Shown here: piece after piece, positions 37,956 through 51,410 of the stretch
Numbering within the stretch: the first letter of the stretch is position 1
How the letters are laid out: each line of letters begins with the position of its first letter
Assembly (NCBI GenBank): GCA_976551045.1
Contig: CDPCPM010000571.1
Location: 372,001-436,000, forward strand
Length of the DNA stretch: 64,000 nucleotides
DNA from: Glaucostegus cemiculus
Taxonomy: Eukaryota
Direction: 5' to 3'
Position numbers and translations under genes: made by a program
Notes under the pieces: model-generated
Told to the model about the DNA's origin: nothing
The model's input: the letters and a program-made list of their open reading frames with translations, nothing else
Databases searched by the model: none

Positions 37956-39499
37956 GTTTATTGCTAGGGGAATTAAGTACAATAATGGGGAGATAATGCC
38001 TCAGTTGTATAGGACTTTGGTGCAACCACATCTGGAATACCGTGTGCAGTCTTGGTCTGACTTCAGGAAAGAGGGTTGTCTAATGAGAGGTTGGACAGGC
38101 TAGGATTGTGGTTGCTAGAGTTTCAATCAGAGGGAACTTGATTGAAACATTCAAGATCAGGAAGAGGCTTGACAGTGGTGAGGAAGTTTCCTCTTGAGGA
38201 AGAATCTAGAAGTAGGAGGTCACTGTTCAAAAATAAAGGGCCGCCAATTTAAGGCAGAAATAAGGCGATATTTTTTCCTATCAGAAGGTTGTTCATCATT
38301 GGAAGTCTCTTCCTTAAAGGGCGGGGAAAAGGGAGCCCTTGGATGTTTTTAACCCAGAGACACTGATGTTTAATAAGGGGGGGTAATAGGTTATTAGGGG
38401 TAGAGGGGAACATGGAGTTGAGGTTACAATCATAATCTTATTGAATGGTGGGCAGGCTTGGGGGCTGAACTGGGTGCTTACTTCTGCACCTGATTCACAC
38501 GTTTGCATACTCAGTGGAGCAAAGAAATAAGATTTAGTTATTTCTAGATAGAGTGCTGCTGGCAGCCTTGTAAAGCAGAACGTTTTGTCCGCATTTGCTG
38601 GTTTTTCTTCATAGCTCTCATTATTGGGCTGCTGCTGCTTTCTCCTGGAAAGTAAAGTAACACTTGCATTATTCGACAGTGCTTTTCTTTTTGTGGCCCA
38701 TGTGTGATTTGCTGCAGGAAGTGTAGAAGCAACTGGATGCAGGAGGCCCTCGCTTTCTTTTGGATCAATACAGAGATCGATGGGAGGGAAGCCATCAGTT
38801 TTTAAATTTACTGAAATATGGTGTTGTTCCTTTGCTAACAGCTCTTCCAGCTAAAAAGAATTCATTAGCAACACACCTTGAGAAGCCTTTTTACTAAAAT
38901 GTCTCAGCGAGATAATTAAAGTGTGTGTGGAGATACAGAGTGGAAATTGTTGCCTTTAGTTTAGGCAAAGCTTTTGCAGCAGCATGTTTTCCAGTCTTAA
39001 CAATAGGCTAGTCTGTGATTGGAGTGTCCTATTTTAATTGGCGTCTGATGATTTATAAAGGAGAGGAAAACAGAGGCTGAGGTGCTAGTGGTTGCCAACA
39101 GGATGCCTCCAGTCTTTAGTTGCCACTAAGTTGTTCTGTGTGCTGACTCTCATTTTAGTCCTGACTGATACTTGATTGCTGAGTTGTGAATATGCTTGCG
39201 ATTTTAACCACCTAAATGGCTCCTTCAGCCAGCATTACTCAGACTTCCAAGGAACAGATGCCTGCTACCAGTCCAAGTCAAACAAACACAGGGCTCAATC
39301 GCAATGAAAGACTTAGAACAAAACTAAGGGTGCAACTGCTGATGCAGATGTACAATAAATTCTGCAATAACTAAGACATGTACTTAATTGGCTTGCCGTC
39401 ATATTTCTGATACAGTACTGCTCACAGTACAACTAAATTTATACTAGATCCAACAGCTGTGATTTTAATTTGAAATGTAATGAGGTCTTCATAATCTAT

Positions 39500-39770
39500 A
39501 ATTCAAGTATAAGATCTTTATTAGTCACATGTACATCAAAACACACGTTGAAATATATCTTTTGTGTAGTAATTTTTGGGAGGCAGCCTGCAAGTGTCGC
39601 CACACTTCCGGCACCAACATAGCATGCCCATAACTTCCTAACGTGTACGTTTTTGGAATGTGAGGGGGAACCGGAGCACCCGGAGGAAACCCACACAGAC
39701 ACACGGGGAGAATGTACAAACTCCTTACAGACAGCGGCGGGAATTGAACCCGGGTCGCTGGCGCTGTCCA
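39500..39770 (-). mobile_element. tRNA-derived SINE with Rex-type tail
   Basis: B-box ggttcaattccc; tail gtacatgtgactaataaagatc. Confidence 0.8.
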
Positions 39771-42372
39771 GAATCACCAACAGCACTATCCAAGGAGGCA
39801 TCGGACTCTACTGGCCAGCCCCACTGCTGTATGATCAAGTCCAATGCTTTGTAGTTTGCTCCTGATTCAGGAGTTGATAATGCTCTCAGCCCTACTCAGA
39901 ATATATGAAGGTATGAGGCTTAGTTTTGTGTCAATTTCCAGGTTTACTTGTGTGAAAAGCGCTTATTGGTATACCTTTTGCCCCAATGTACAAAAAAATA
40001 CCTATATCAGGTGTAACGACAGATTTAGTAATAGCAAACACCCAGTTCTATTGTACTGTACTGTTTTTTCCATCATGGGCATGGATGTTAGATATTGTGA
40101 AATGATGATTATGAAACACTGGTGACAAGTTGGAATATTTTATTCTAGCATTGTGAAGCTGCATCCTTGTAGTTGGCCTGCATCCTTGTAGTTGGCCTGC
40201 ATCTTGGTCTGTTTCCAAGACATATGGGTTTGAGAGTGGGAAATCTGCATCAACATTAGTATAGGCATTTGTAAGCACAGCAACAAGGCAAGGGCTTTAA
40301 CAACAGATGGGCCGAGGCAGGGCAAAGAGGACAGTGTTTTTTGCTTGGCAAAGCCATTAGATGTTGTGGAACCAAGGCAGATAAATGAAGTTGAGATACA
40401 GATGAACTATGATACAAGAGAAGGATGGAACAGGCTTAAGGAATGAAAGCCCACTCTTGCTCCTATGCTAGTGAGATGAAATTATGAAATACCTGAAGCT
40501 TAGTTCAGGGTTGAAGAAGATGCCAAGATTGTGAAGAGTCTGGTTCAGTCTGGAGCACTGGTGAAGGAAGAAAATTAAATGAGTGGTAAGATTCCAACAC
40601 TTGTACTAGGAGCCAAAGACCACTGGAGCTCATCCAAAGCAGTTCTGTCCTGACAGCAGAGCGCTTGATATGGAAAAGTTTCTGAAACTGTGAAGGAGAG
40701 GTGAGATGTTTGCATGTCTTCTTGGTGGTATATTCATTTGTTAGCATGCTTTCTCTCGAGTCTCAACAAATCAGATCAGCACAACAGGGTTACAGGATGA
40801 CAACCTTGAAGCAGCAAATCACTGGGGAAGGTCGACAATGGAGCCTGACATTCTCCGAATGATCTCCCAGCACATTACCTTAATCCTGCAAAAGCATGTT
40901 TGAACTGGTTGAACAGTTAAAATTCAATTTAATTTGTAAAACGGTATTTTATGAAATATTAATGGACCAAAAACACAGACAGAATGACTCTCCTCAGCTG
41001 CTAAGGAGTTAGAAACACCGGTTACAAAAAAGAAATCAAAATATAAAAACATAATTCTCCACATTTTAAAGGAAGGAAACGGAGCATATGGAAGAAGTTA
41101 AAATGGAAGGATATGTTGGGGGGAAGGGTTTAGATAGCTTTTAGGTGAGGTTTAAAGGTCCGCACAACATTGTGGGCCAAAGGGCCTGTATTGTGCTGTA
41201 CTTTCTATGATTATAGGAAACCATTATTAGCTTGTTTTATTCTGTATCATTGTAGTCACATGTATAAAGACACAAGTGCACAAAAGTATCTGGTCATTTA
41301 CATCTGATTTAACATGCTTCCAGACTGTCAATCCAGAACTCCCAAAAGATAAATTGTACACCACTATTTTAGATGTCCTACATAAAAAGTACCAAGCAAA
41401 TACAAGTCCATTGCTACAACCTGGTCTCTGACAGCATAAGGGTCATTAGATAAGGTAATGCTCTGCAATGCACAAGGAGATGTACAACTACCACAGACAC
41501 ACACCTGCCTGCAATGGGATATTAAAAGTTCCTCTTGTATCACACAAGAGTACCCGTGTCACAGTGTTTCTCCTTCCAAATACTAGGATAGATTTCCCCT
41601 TTTCCTCAGTCTTTGTATTTAGAAGAACACACCTCCAAAAGGAGCCATTCCCTCTCAGACACTCTGGTTCACTCATTCCCAACCAATACTCAGCGCCCCG
41701 TTCCCTGTCACCTTCTCATCTCCCTTCCTACCATTAAAAACATCCAACACCCTTTCAGAGTGAAATAGCAAGTTAATTGTAATTCTTTTAACACAATATA
41801 CTGTAATAGCTGACATTGATACAGTTCCTTCATCAAGGGGAAGCAATGGTTTTGTTCAATTATGACCCTGAGCTTCGGGTCAACTTTGAATCTGCATCCC
41901 ACTCGCACTCTGGTCTATCTATCCTCAGACAGCTTAAGGAACAGTACCTCATCTTCTCACTGGTCATCTGCTGCTAAACTGTAGTGAATACGGTTGTGCT
42001 GGTTGGTTCAAGAACCCAATGGTTGAAGGGAAGTAGCTGTTCTTAAACCCAATGGTGCGGATCTTTAGGCTTGATCAAAATCTCTGAACTAAGACTGCTA
42101 CATTACAATGTGCAGCTGGCCATAAAGTGTTTTGGGGCACCCAAAGGCCATGAATGGCACTGTATACATGCAGGACTTCCTCCAAAATTGCTGACAGACC
42201 TCAATTGTAATTGCAGGTTCTAGCCACTAGGTGGTCCCATAAGGTGAAATTCTGACCCATTTCTTCCAACTTGGTCACTATTTTCCATACACAGCAAGAA
42301 AACACAGTCAGCAACCAATTGCAGACGATTCTCTAAAGGAAGTGACTTTGGTTAAAAATTCTCTGCACTCAC

Positions 42373-42474
42373 CTCTAGGTAGATAGAAGGTGGGTTATGA
42401 TCCCCTCCAAACTTGTCCAACAGCGCTTCAATGTGCTCTTGAGTTAGTTTGATCATCTGCTTGATGTTCCAGAC
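42373..42474 (-). CDS. BRAF: BRAF exon 2 (BRAF-specific region)
   Basis: gcacag|GTC...CTAGAG|gtgagt; 102 nt; [34 protein letters not shown], near-identical to vertebrate BRAF and absent from ARAF/RAF1. Confidence 0.98.
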
Positions 42475-42614
42475 CTGTGCAAGAGAAAATGCAAAGCAAG
42501 TTAATTCAAGCCTAGAGAGTTGCTTTAGAAAAGCGAGTGAGAAAGAGAGGGAAAGTACATCCTCAAAGGGAGCCCAGGTTCATTTCTCTCCCCCCACCAT
42601 TAGAGATGTCAGCC

Positions 42615-43091
42615 TGTTGTGAGTGAGAAAACAGATTCGATAGGTTTCAAAAGGACACTGAACACAGTCTGGCAGTAAATGGTTTATTTATAAAAGATGA
42701 GCATGGGAAAATGGTAACGGGAAAATATACACACACACATCGAACTAGGTACATACAATCAAGGAAAAACAATACGATACCCGCCACCCCTTGACTCAGT
42801 GCAGGCACGGCTCTGTGCTACAAGGGACACTAATTAAAATGCTCCCAACCCTTTAACAGTGCACACCCCACCAACGACCTCTCCAGTGCCGTTCCATGGT
42901 TTTACGCACTTAGGTCTCTTTGAAGCTCCTTGTGACAGTTTATGAAAAATATATTCACCAGTGCCTGTGGTGTATCCACCACTATTTGTATTTTGCTGTA
43001 TCCAGTTATTTTGTATCTGATGTTGTGGTAAATTAAGAGTTTCAAAGAATTGCTTTCCCACAATATTTGCGGTGCGCACTTACCCACAACT
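42615..43091 (-). mobile_element. Putative solo LTR
   Basis: Termini TGTTGTGAGTGAG and CTTACCCACAACT form an imperfect inverted repeat; AATAAA on the minus strand at 42683-42688; no clear TSD. Confidence 0.45.
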
Positions 43092-43779
43092 GCAAAGGGA
43101 CGGCAATCTGGCGTTCTGCCACTAAAACCGCAATGCTAAATGTACCCTGGAATCCAAGCAATCTCAACAGCTAGACTTCAAACAAAGGCTTAGAATATCT
43201 CCCTGTGGAATGACTTGGGGCATTTTGCCAACAGACCACAGAGGCGGCTTTAGACGTCAGACTAGACTTGACTTTGAAGCATTTTGGCAACTTGCCAGCA
43301 ACTCTGTCAGGAGGCCAACACCGTCCAAATAAATCCAAGGTGGGTAAATGGTCGATTTATATGTTAGACTGTATCTAGCTGAACAGTGGAATGTATTTGA
43401 GGGGTGAATGAACAACTTTTGTTCTACATCTCGTATTCACTGAAAATGGACACAAAGTTTGATGCAAGCCTTGACAGTGTTGGACAACTTCTCATTCAAA
43501 GCATAAATGTATCTAATGCATCTCAGACTGGATACATATGCATATGTATTTGATTACAAATAGAAATGGATTGCAAAATGAACCATATCTAACTACTGGA
43601 GACACAAGAGACCGCAGATATCTAACCACTGCTGGACCAGCCCTAGCAGACTTTACTAGGAAGATCCCGACCATCCACACTGCCCTAGTGTTATACAGCA
43701 ACGGTACTGTAACACTATTACATAGAAGTGGACCTGCAAACTCAAGTACTGTTATATGGTGAAAAGGTAAGGTATAAAG

Positions 43780-44076
43780 TAAGATATCTTTATTAGTCAC
43801 ATGTACCTTGAAACAGACAGTGAAATGCATCTTTTGCGTAGAGTGTTCTGGGGGCAGCCCACAAGTGTCGCCACGCCTCTGGCGCCAACATAGCATGGCC
43901 CGCAACTTCCTAACCCGTACATCTTTGGAAAAGTGGGAGGAAACTGGAGCACCTGGAGGAAACCCATGCAGAAATGGGGAGAATGTACAAACTTCCTATA
44001 GACAGTGGCGGGAATTGAACCTGGGTCGCTGGCACTGTAAAGTGTCACGCTAACCACTGCACTACCGTGCCTGCCC
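43780..44076 (-). mobile_element. tRNA-derived SINE with Rex-type tail, full length
   Basis: 5' ggcacggtagtgcagtggttagcg (A box), ggttcaattccc (B box), tail tttcactgt...ggtacatgtgactaataaa. Confidence 0.85.
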
Positions 44077-44439
44077 ATAATCCACACCCAATAATCCTGT
44101 ATGTCAGGGAAAGGACGATACCCATTAGACCACAGTAGCATTGCAGAGTCAAACAAGTTTCTACCAGTACTTTATGCCAGTATCACACAGTGACCCACCT
44201 GCACCCACAAGTACTGTAGCCCCGTGCATTTTAGTAGCATCTATGTACCCATGTTACAGAGTACAAAAGCCAGTAATCATAGCAATACAATGTACCTACG
44301 TTATGCAGTGTCTCATCTGCACCAATCAATGCTGTAGTTAGTGCTCTATAGTGATGGTTCTGTATCTACCAGTATTTACACCTGGTTTGCAGCACCAATC
44401 CTGAACTTCAGTATTGTACCCCATTGTTCAGTACTGACT

Positions 44440-46550
44440 GAGACACAGGAGACCGCAGATGCTAGAATATAGAGCAATAGATAAACTCAGCGGGTCAACC
44501 AGCATCTGTGGAGGCAAAGGAATAATCAATGTTTCAGGTCAAGACCCTGCATCAGGACCAAGGGGAGATGGCCAGTATATTGAAGTGAGTAGGAGTGTTG
44601 AGAGTGGTTGGTAGGTGATAGGTGGAAATATAAAGAAAGGGGGGAAAAAAATACCAAACAGAGCTCAGCACGGGAGGGGAAGGGAGAGAGAAGGGTAGGG
44701 ACAGAGGCTGGTAGGTGATGGGTGGAATCAGGTAAGGGAGGGACAATGGGCAGATGGAACCAGGTGGGGAGAGGATAGGAATGGTGAACTAAGGGAGAAA
44801 AAACCCAGGTGGAGAGGTATTTGGGTGATGGGCAGATGGAACTAGGGGAGTGGACGATGAGGCTGGCTTACACCAGATTGGGGGAGGTGCACGTGAATCT
44901 CTGCCTCACCTGGAAGGATTGCGAGGGAGGAGGTGTAGGGACAGGAGTTGCGCCTTCTATGGTTGCAGGGGAAAGTGCCGGGAACAGACATGGAGGGGTG
45001 GTGGGACCATTGGAGCTGGCAACAATGGCGATATGTTGGATGCAGAGGCTAGTGGGGTGGAGGGAGAGAGCTGGGGGAACTCTCTCTGTTCTGTGAGAGG
45101 GTGGGGGGGGTGGTACAAATGTAGGGGAAATGGAGAAAATGCAAATGAAGGCTCAATGAACTACAGCAGGGAGTCCATGTTCTGTGAAGGAGGAGGACAT
45201 TTCAGGAGTCTTTGAGTGGAAAGCCTCACCTTGATAGCAGATGCAACAACAGACAGGGTAAGTTACAGAGGCACAGTGGAAGGAGAAGTAGTTGAGGTGG
45301 CTGTGGGAGTCAGTGGGTTTACCATGGATATTGAAGGTTAGTTTGTCTCTTGAGATGGAGACAGAGAGCCAGAAAAGGAAGAGAAGTGTCAGAAACAGTC
45401 CGGGTGAACTTGAGGGCAGGGTGGAATTGATGAGTTCCACACGAGTGCAGAAAGCAGTATCACTGCAGTCATTGATGTAGCTGAGAAAAAGATGGGTAGA
45501 GGTGGCAGAGTAGGTTTCAAGCAAAATCTGTTCCATGTAGCCAACAAAAGGCCAATGTAGCTGGGGCCCCTGGCTACACCTTTGTTTTATAGAAAGTAGG
45601 AGGGAAGATATCGTGGGAAATTGCAAGTTCTCACAGGCAGATGAGTGCTGGTGGAGGGGAACCGGTTGGGTCTTTCCTCCAGAAAGAAACAGAGGACCCC
45701 CAAGACCTTCCTGATGGGGGAAGGAGGTATGTAGAGACTGGACATCCATGGTAAACATGAGGTAGTTGGGACCATGAAGTTGGAAGTTGTCAGAATGGTG
45801 GAGGGCATGAGGGGTGTCCCAGATGTATGTGGGAAGGCAGGGGGAGATCAGATAGAGTGAAGGTATGGAGAGATGAGTTCTGTGGGGCAAGAGCAGGCAG
45901 AAACAATGGGTTTACTAGGACAGTCCTTTTTATAGTCCTTGGGTAAGAAATAGAAGCTGGCTGTGCAGGGTTGAGGCACTATCAGGTTCTGGAGGGGAGA
46001 TCACTAGTAACAGTGGTGAGTGCGTGGGATGGGCTGCCAGTGGATACGATAGGGTTTTTTTAAGAGACTTTTGGATAGGTACATGGAGCCGAGTAAAATA
46101 GACGGCCATGGGTAAGCCTAGTAATTTCTAATGTAGGGACACGTTTGGCGCAGCTTTGTGGGCCGAAGGGCCTGAATTGTGCAGTAGGTGTTATGTTTAT
46201 GATAAAGGGAGAGGGTGGCCTGGTGTTTGTTAGTGGGGTCATGGTCCAGGGAAAGACACGAGGTGGTGTCCGAGAGTCTGGCCTTTGCAAAGTAGAGCTC
46301 AGTGTACCAGACCACAACAGCATCACCTTCATCTGTGGGCTTGATGACGAGGGTGGGATTAGTGCAAAGTGAGCCGAGGGTTGCACGTTCAGAGAGGATG
46401 ACACTGGAATGGGCGAGAGGAGCAGAGAATTCAAGATGGTCAATGTTACATTGGCAATTGGAAATGAAAAGGTCAAGAGAGGGGAGTGCTGGAGACATGA
46501 GAAAGGGTTGTCCATGGAGAGATGATGATTCCTCACTGAAGAAATAGACA
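44440..46550 (-). mobile_element. Penelope-like element (decayed), with a CR1 tail inserted at ~46050-46200
   Basis: VIKPTDEGDAVVVW, FTMDVQSLHTS.PH, YINDC and KPTDSH..LNY motifs; terminal repeat at 44440-44560. Confidence 0.85.
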
Positions 46551-47770
46551 TGGAGGTGAAGGTAAATACTGACAGTCTTGCATATATCACTACTTCATCC
46601 TGTTATAGCACAAGCAGTTCAAGTCTTGTACCCACAAGTATCTGCTGTCCGAATACTAGTGACAGATTTTGTATCCCAGTGCTGAACCACGAACTATGCT
46701 CACTGGTACCATATTCCAGTGTATCAACCTGGACTCTCTATTTCAATACCCTTACCTTTCCCAGTCTAGGACCACAAGGACAGGGATTAAACAATACGTC
46801 CCTCAAGCTTGCTCCACCATACAAGGGCATCATTAATGACGTGATCCAACTCATCTCATCAATACCTTTCATAATCAAAAATCCATCAACCACTGCCTTA
46901 AAATAAACAAGTCACCAGAATCAATTGCACTTTGTAGATGAGTACTTCCTACTTCCAACACTCTTTATACATAGAAGCATTACCCAACCACTCCTGAAAG
47001 GCTCAACTCATTACTAAACCGTGCCCACTACTCCTAGGTGCATTGAGGAAAACCTCAGTTCCACTAATATCATGAAAACATCAGTTACCCTCTGATAATC
47101 CACACTCTGGGAACTTTTGCGGTGCCAGAAGAGCAGATTTTTGAGACTACTGAATGCAACTCGTATCATCCTCCAAGGTGAAACATTCAAGGGCATCGCA
47201 CCCTGGGCCTTGGTTCCAGCCGCGTACACAAACCTGACCACAGGTTCCTGACCACCCACTCCTCCCCCACCACCACCCACTCCTCCCCCACCACCCTCCA
47301 GCTCAACCACACACCTGGCCCATGCAGTCAGCAATACACAGCCAACCTCACAAGTACACAGATAACGAGGACTTGTAGTGTACTTATGAGCAACCCAGAT
47401 GCAGGACTACTGGGATTTCTGAATGATGAAATACCAGATGATTCGAGTTTTACTGTACAATTGTGAAAAATCTATGTTGCAATTCCTCCGATATGCATTA
47501 AACTAATATTGTACCCCACTATAACATGGCAACAGATCTGTATCAACCAGTTACTAAATCCAAGTGACACGTGATCTGTAGTCTCCCATAAAGTACCCCA
47601 GTATTATGCAGTAATGCAACTGTATTCATTACAATGTGACAGCTCTGTGATCCAGCAATACTGGGAATGATAACATGGTTGTTAGATTACTGGAGAAGTA
47701 ACCAAAGCTGTGGACTGAAGATTCCAAAGCAAGAGTTCAACTCACAGCATGGCAGATGTAGAATTTAAAA

Positions 47771-48010
47771 TTCAGTGACATGAGAAATATTCTTGTCCAT
47801 TTACAGCACCATAATACTACTGAATTGTCATTGAAAACCAATCCGGTTCATTCAGTGACATGAGAAATATTCTTGTCCATTTACAGCACCATAATACTAC
47901 TGAATTGTCATTGAAAACCAATCCGGTTCATTCAGTGACATGAGAAATATTCTTGTCCATTTACAGCACCATAATACTACTGAATTGTCATTGAAAACCA
48001 ATCCGGTTCA
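47771..48010. repeat. Perfect 80-bp x3 tandem repeat
   Basis: Identical units at 47771, 47851 and 47931, each starting and ending in ttca. Confidence 0.97.
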
Positions 48011-48249
48011 CAGAGACACAATAAATTCTGCAGATTCTGGAATCTAGAGCAAGAGACAAAAAGCGCTGGAGGGACTCAGCAGGTCAGGCAGCATCCGTGG
48101 AGGGAAATAAATAGTTGCCGTTTCGGGCTGAGACCCTCCATCAGGACTAACATGCTGTCCTTATCAAGTCTAACTCATGTGCCTCCTAAATCATAGCAAC
48201 TACTCAGTGATTTTGTTTTAAATCATTTTTTGATTTTTTAGTAAATTTA

Positions 48250-49750
48250 TTTTTTCAGATTGTGAACACCACCAGCAAGGCCAGCAGTTATCGCCCATCA
48301 CTAATTGTCCTTGAGAAGGTGGTGGTGGTGGTGAACAGTTTTCTTGAACTGCTGCAGTTGTTTTGGTGAAGGTACTCTTGCTCCATTGTTGGGAGTTACA
48401 GGATTTAACCCAAACAACAATGAAGGAATGGCAATATTTTCCAAGCCAGGATGGTGTGACAGGGGAAAGTGGGGTGGGTGGGGGAACCGGGAGGAGATGT
48501 AGGTGGGGAAGGGGAAGGAGGGAGGGAACCTACAATGGTAGCTGAAAATCAAAAGCCTTCAAATGAAATGTTAACTTTCTCCTTCCACAGATGTTACCTG
48601 ACTTGCTAAATATGACCAGCATTTCTGTAGGGTGTTGCGTGAACATACCAGCCTTGCCCTTCTTAGTGGTAGTGTTTTCTGGTTTGGGAAGTACTGTTAG
48701 AGCAGCCCAGGTAATTGCAGTGTATTTTTCAGATGGAACACAGTGCAGCTTACTGTGTACTGGTTATGGAAGGAATGAATGTTTAGGGTAGTGGATGAGA
48801 TGCCAATCATGTGGGTTACTTTGTCCTAGATGATGTTGCACTTCTTGAGTATTCTTGAAGCTGCTGCACCATCCAGGTAAATGACAATATTCCATCATAC
48901 TCTTGATATGCCCTGTAGATGATGGAAAGGATATGGGGTATTGGGAGGCAAGTTGCTCACTTCAGGATATCCACCCACTAACCTGCCCTGTAGTCACAGG
49001 CTTCATTTCTGAGGAGCTGCGTTTAGACATGAATACTGTGCATTCATCAAACATCCCAACTTCTGACCATGATGGAAAAGAGGTAATTGATGAAGCTCAA
49101 GTTAGTTGGGCCTCAGATTCTGCTGCCGGGAAGCCCTGCTGAGGTATGGTTCAAACCAGTGGAGTGCTTCCGCATGATGCCCATTTACAGCGTTTTACCA
49201 GGGCTCCATGTCAAATACAGCCTTGACATCTGGGTCAATCGCACACCTATGAAATTCAGCTCCTTAGCATATGCCTGAACCAAGGTTGTGATGAGGTAGA
49301 GCCAAAGGGTTCTTTGCAAAATCCAAACTAAATTCTGGTGAACAGGTTATTAGTGGGCGTTGCTTGATAGAACTTCAAACACCTTGCTGTCGAATGAAAG
49401 TAGACTGATTGTGTGGCAATTAGTCAGTTTAAATTTTACCCTCTGTTTTGTGGTCAGGATATGCCCAAGCAATTTACCACATAGATGGCAAGTAGCTGCC
49501 AGTGTTGTAATTGGTTTGGGACAGCTTGACTAAACACACATCTGATCAAGTGCAAATCCTTGGCAGTACAGCTGGAATGTTGTCGGACACTGTATTCTGT
49601 AGCCTATACTGTATCTAAATTTCTTTGCTGTTTCTTGACATCATGTGGACTGAATCAAGGTGACTGAAGACTGGCTTCTTTGACAATAGTGAGGTCCATT
49701 ATCCACTCCATACTTCTGGCTAAACATAGTCGCAAATGCCTCAGCCTCAC
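48250..49750 (-). mobile_element. CR1/L2-superfamily LINE fragment (second family)
   Basis: 3' end matches the 24090, 34790 and 53910 copies. Confidence 0.65.
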
Positions 49751-50629
49751 TGTCAGCATTCATATGTTGTTCCATTATATACAGGTTGACCTGAGATTAA
49801 TCTCTCACTGTGCAAGGCTGGGAAACACAGACTCCAGAGTGGGACAACAAAGAGGGAAAGGAGGAAAGAAGCTAAGAGGGGTCAATGAGGGAAGAGAGGG
49901 CCAAGATGGGATGATGAGGGATGAAGAGTCAGATGATGGTACTTAGAGGAAGGAGGGTTGCGGGAGGTAGGACCAGAAGGGAAAATAATCACGAGTCTGT
50001 ATCCATGAGTGTGGGGTCACAGAGCATCTTAGTATTCTTGCTACATCTGTTCCGCAGAGTCTGGTCTCCAATTGTCTTAGAACTGCTTGCCACCGGAGCA
50101 AAACCTCACTCTGTTGAGACCTAATGGTAGCCGGTGGCAATGGCCACCCCTGGCATAAGGAGTGGAAACAGGTCACCCTTCATTCCAAAGGAATGTCCGA
50201 AAACCACAGAAGGGTGACAACTGTGGTGGTCACAGTCAAAGGTGCAAACTTTCAGGTCAGTAACAGAACAGGGTCATTGAGAGGATTATCAACTCCGTAC
50301 TTAAGCAGAGGCAACTGCGGGAAGGGAACAAAAATAATACATCTATAGGACTTCTAAAGAAACCTGATAGCTCATGGGAATTAACAATTAATTAATGTTA
50401 ATTACTCTGTTTCCTCTGACAGCAGCCCCTCATCCTGATGTTACTTACATTGCAGGGTCGAAATCAATTCAATTTTGGTCATTTCAAGTTTCTAGAGTAG
50501 TCTAATGTATTTTGACAAGCAGGAAAAGTTAACATTTACCTTCGGGGACAGCAATATACTTGGGTAGGATTAATCCTGAGGTTTAACAATGTTTCCCCCC
50601 CCATTATACTGATATATTGCAAACATTCT

Positions 50630-50940
50630 GGAGCAGCACAGTGACACAGCTCATAACAGCTGCTGCCTCACAGTTCCAGTGGCCCAGTTTCAATCCTGAC
50701 CTCGGGTACTGCCTACGCAGAGTTGCATGTTCTCCCCGTGACTACGTGGGTTTTCTCCCACACCCCAAAAATGTAGGATTTCGGGTTGATTGGCCACCAT
50801 GAATTGCCCTTAGTAGTTGAGTGGTAAGTGGTAGGGTCTTGGGGGGGGGGCATGTTGATGGGACTGTGGGGAGAATAAAATTGGTTAAGATGACTGTAAA
50901 AGTGGATGCTTGTTCATCAGTGAGAGCAGTGGGCCAAAGG
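50630..50940 (+). mobile_element. tRNA SINE (HE1-like, CR1-type tail)
   Basis: Head gcagcacagtg...ttcaatcctgacctcggg, core tgcatgttctcccc, tail gtgggccaaaggg. Confidence 0.75.
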
Positions 50941-51410
50941 GTATTGGTTTATTATTGCCACGTACTGAAATACAGTGAAAAACAGTTTTGAAAGACATCC
51001 TTACAGATCATTTCAAAATGCAAGTTCTTTGTGGTAGTACAAGGGAAGAGCCACAACAGAACGCAGAATAGTGTTACGGTTACAGAGAAAGTGCAGTCAG
51101 ATGATAAGGCACAAAGGCCATGACGAAGCAGATTGAGAAGACAAGAGTTCATCTTTAACATACAAAGTCCGTTCAATAGTCTTATAACAGCAGGACAGAA
51201 GCTGTCCTTGAGACTGGTGGTACATGTTTTCAAGCTTTTGTATCTTCTGGCCGATGGAAGATGAGAGTGTGTCTGGGGTGGGAAAAGTCTTTGATTATGC
51301 TAGTTGCTTTTCCGAGACAGCGGGAAATGTTATTCTCACGGGGGGGAGGCTGGTTTTTGTGATGGAGTAAGCTGCGTCCACAACTCTGCAATTTCATGCA
51401 GTCTTGGGCC
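50940..51410 (-). mobile_element. Rex1/Babar 3' fragment
   Basis: KTCTTSLKDSFCPAVIRLLN; tail gcaataataaaccaatac. Confidence 0.75.

Noticed and set aside
44010-44076. tRNA gene
   Set aside because: A and B boxes belong to a SINE head followed by SINE core and tail; no full cloverleaf.
47771-48010. CRISPR-like array
   Set aside because: Units are contiguous and identical with no spacers; eukaryotic intron, no cas genes.
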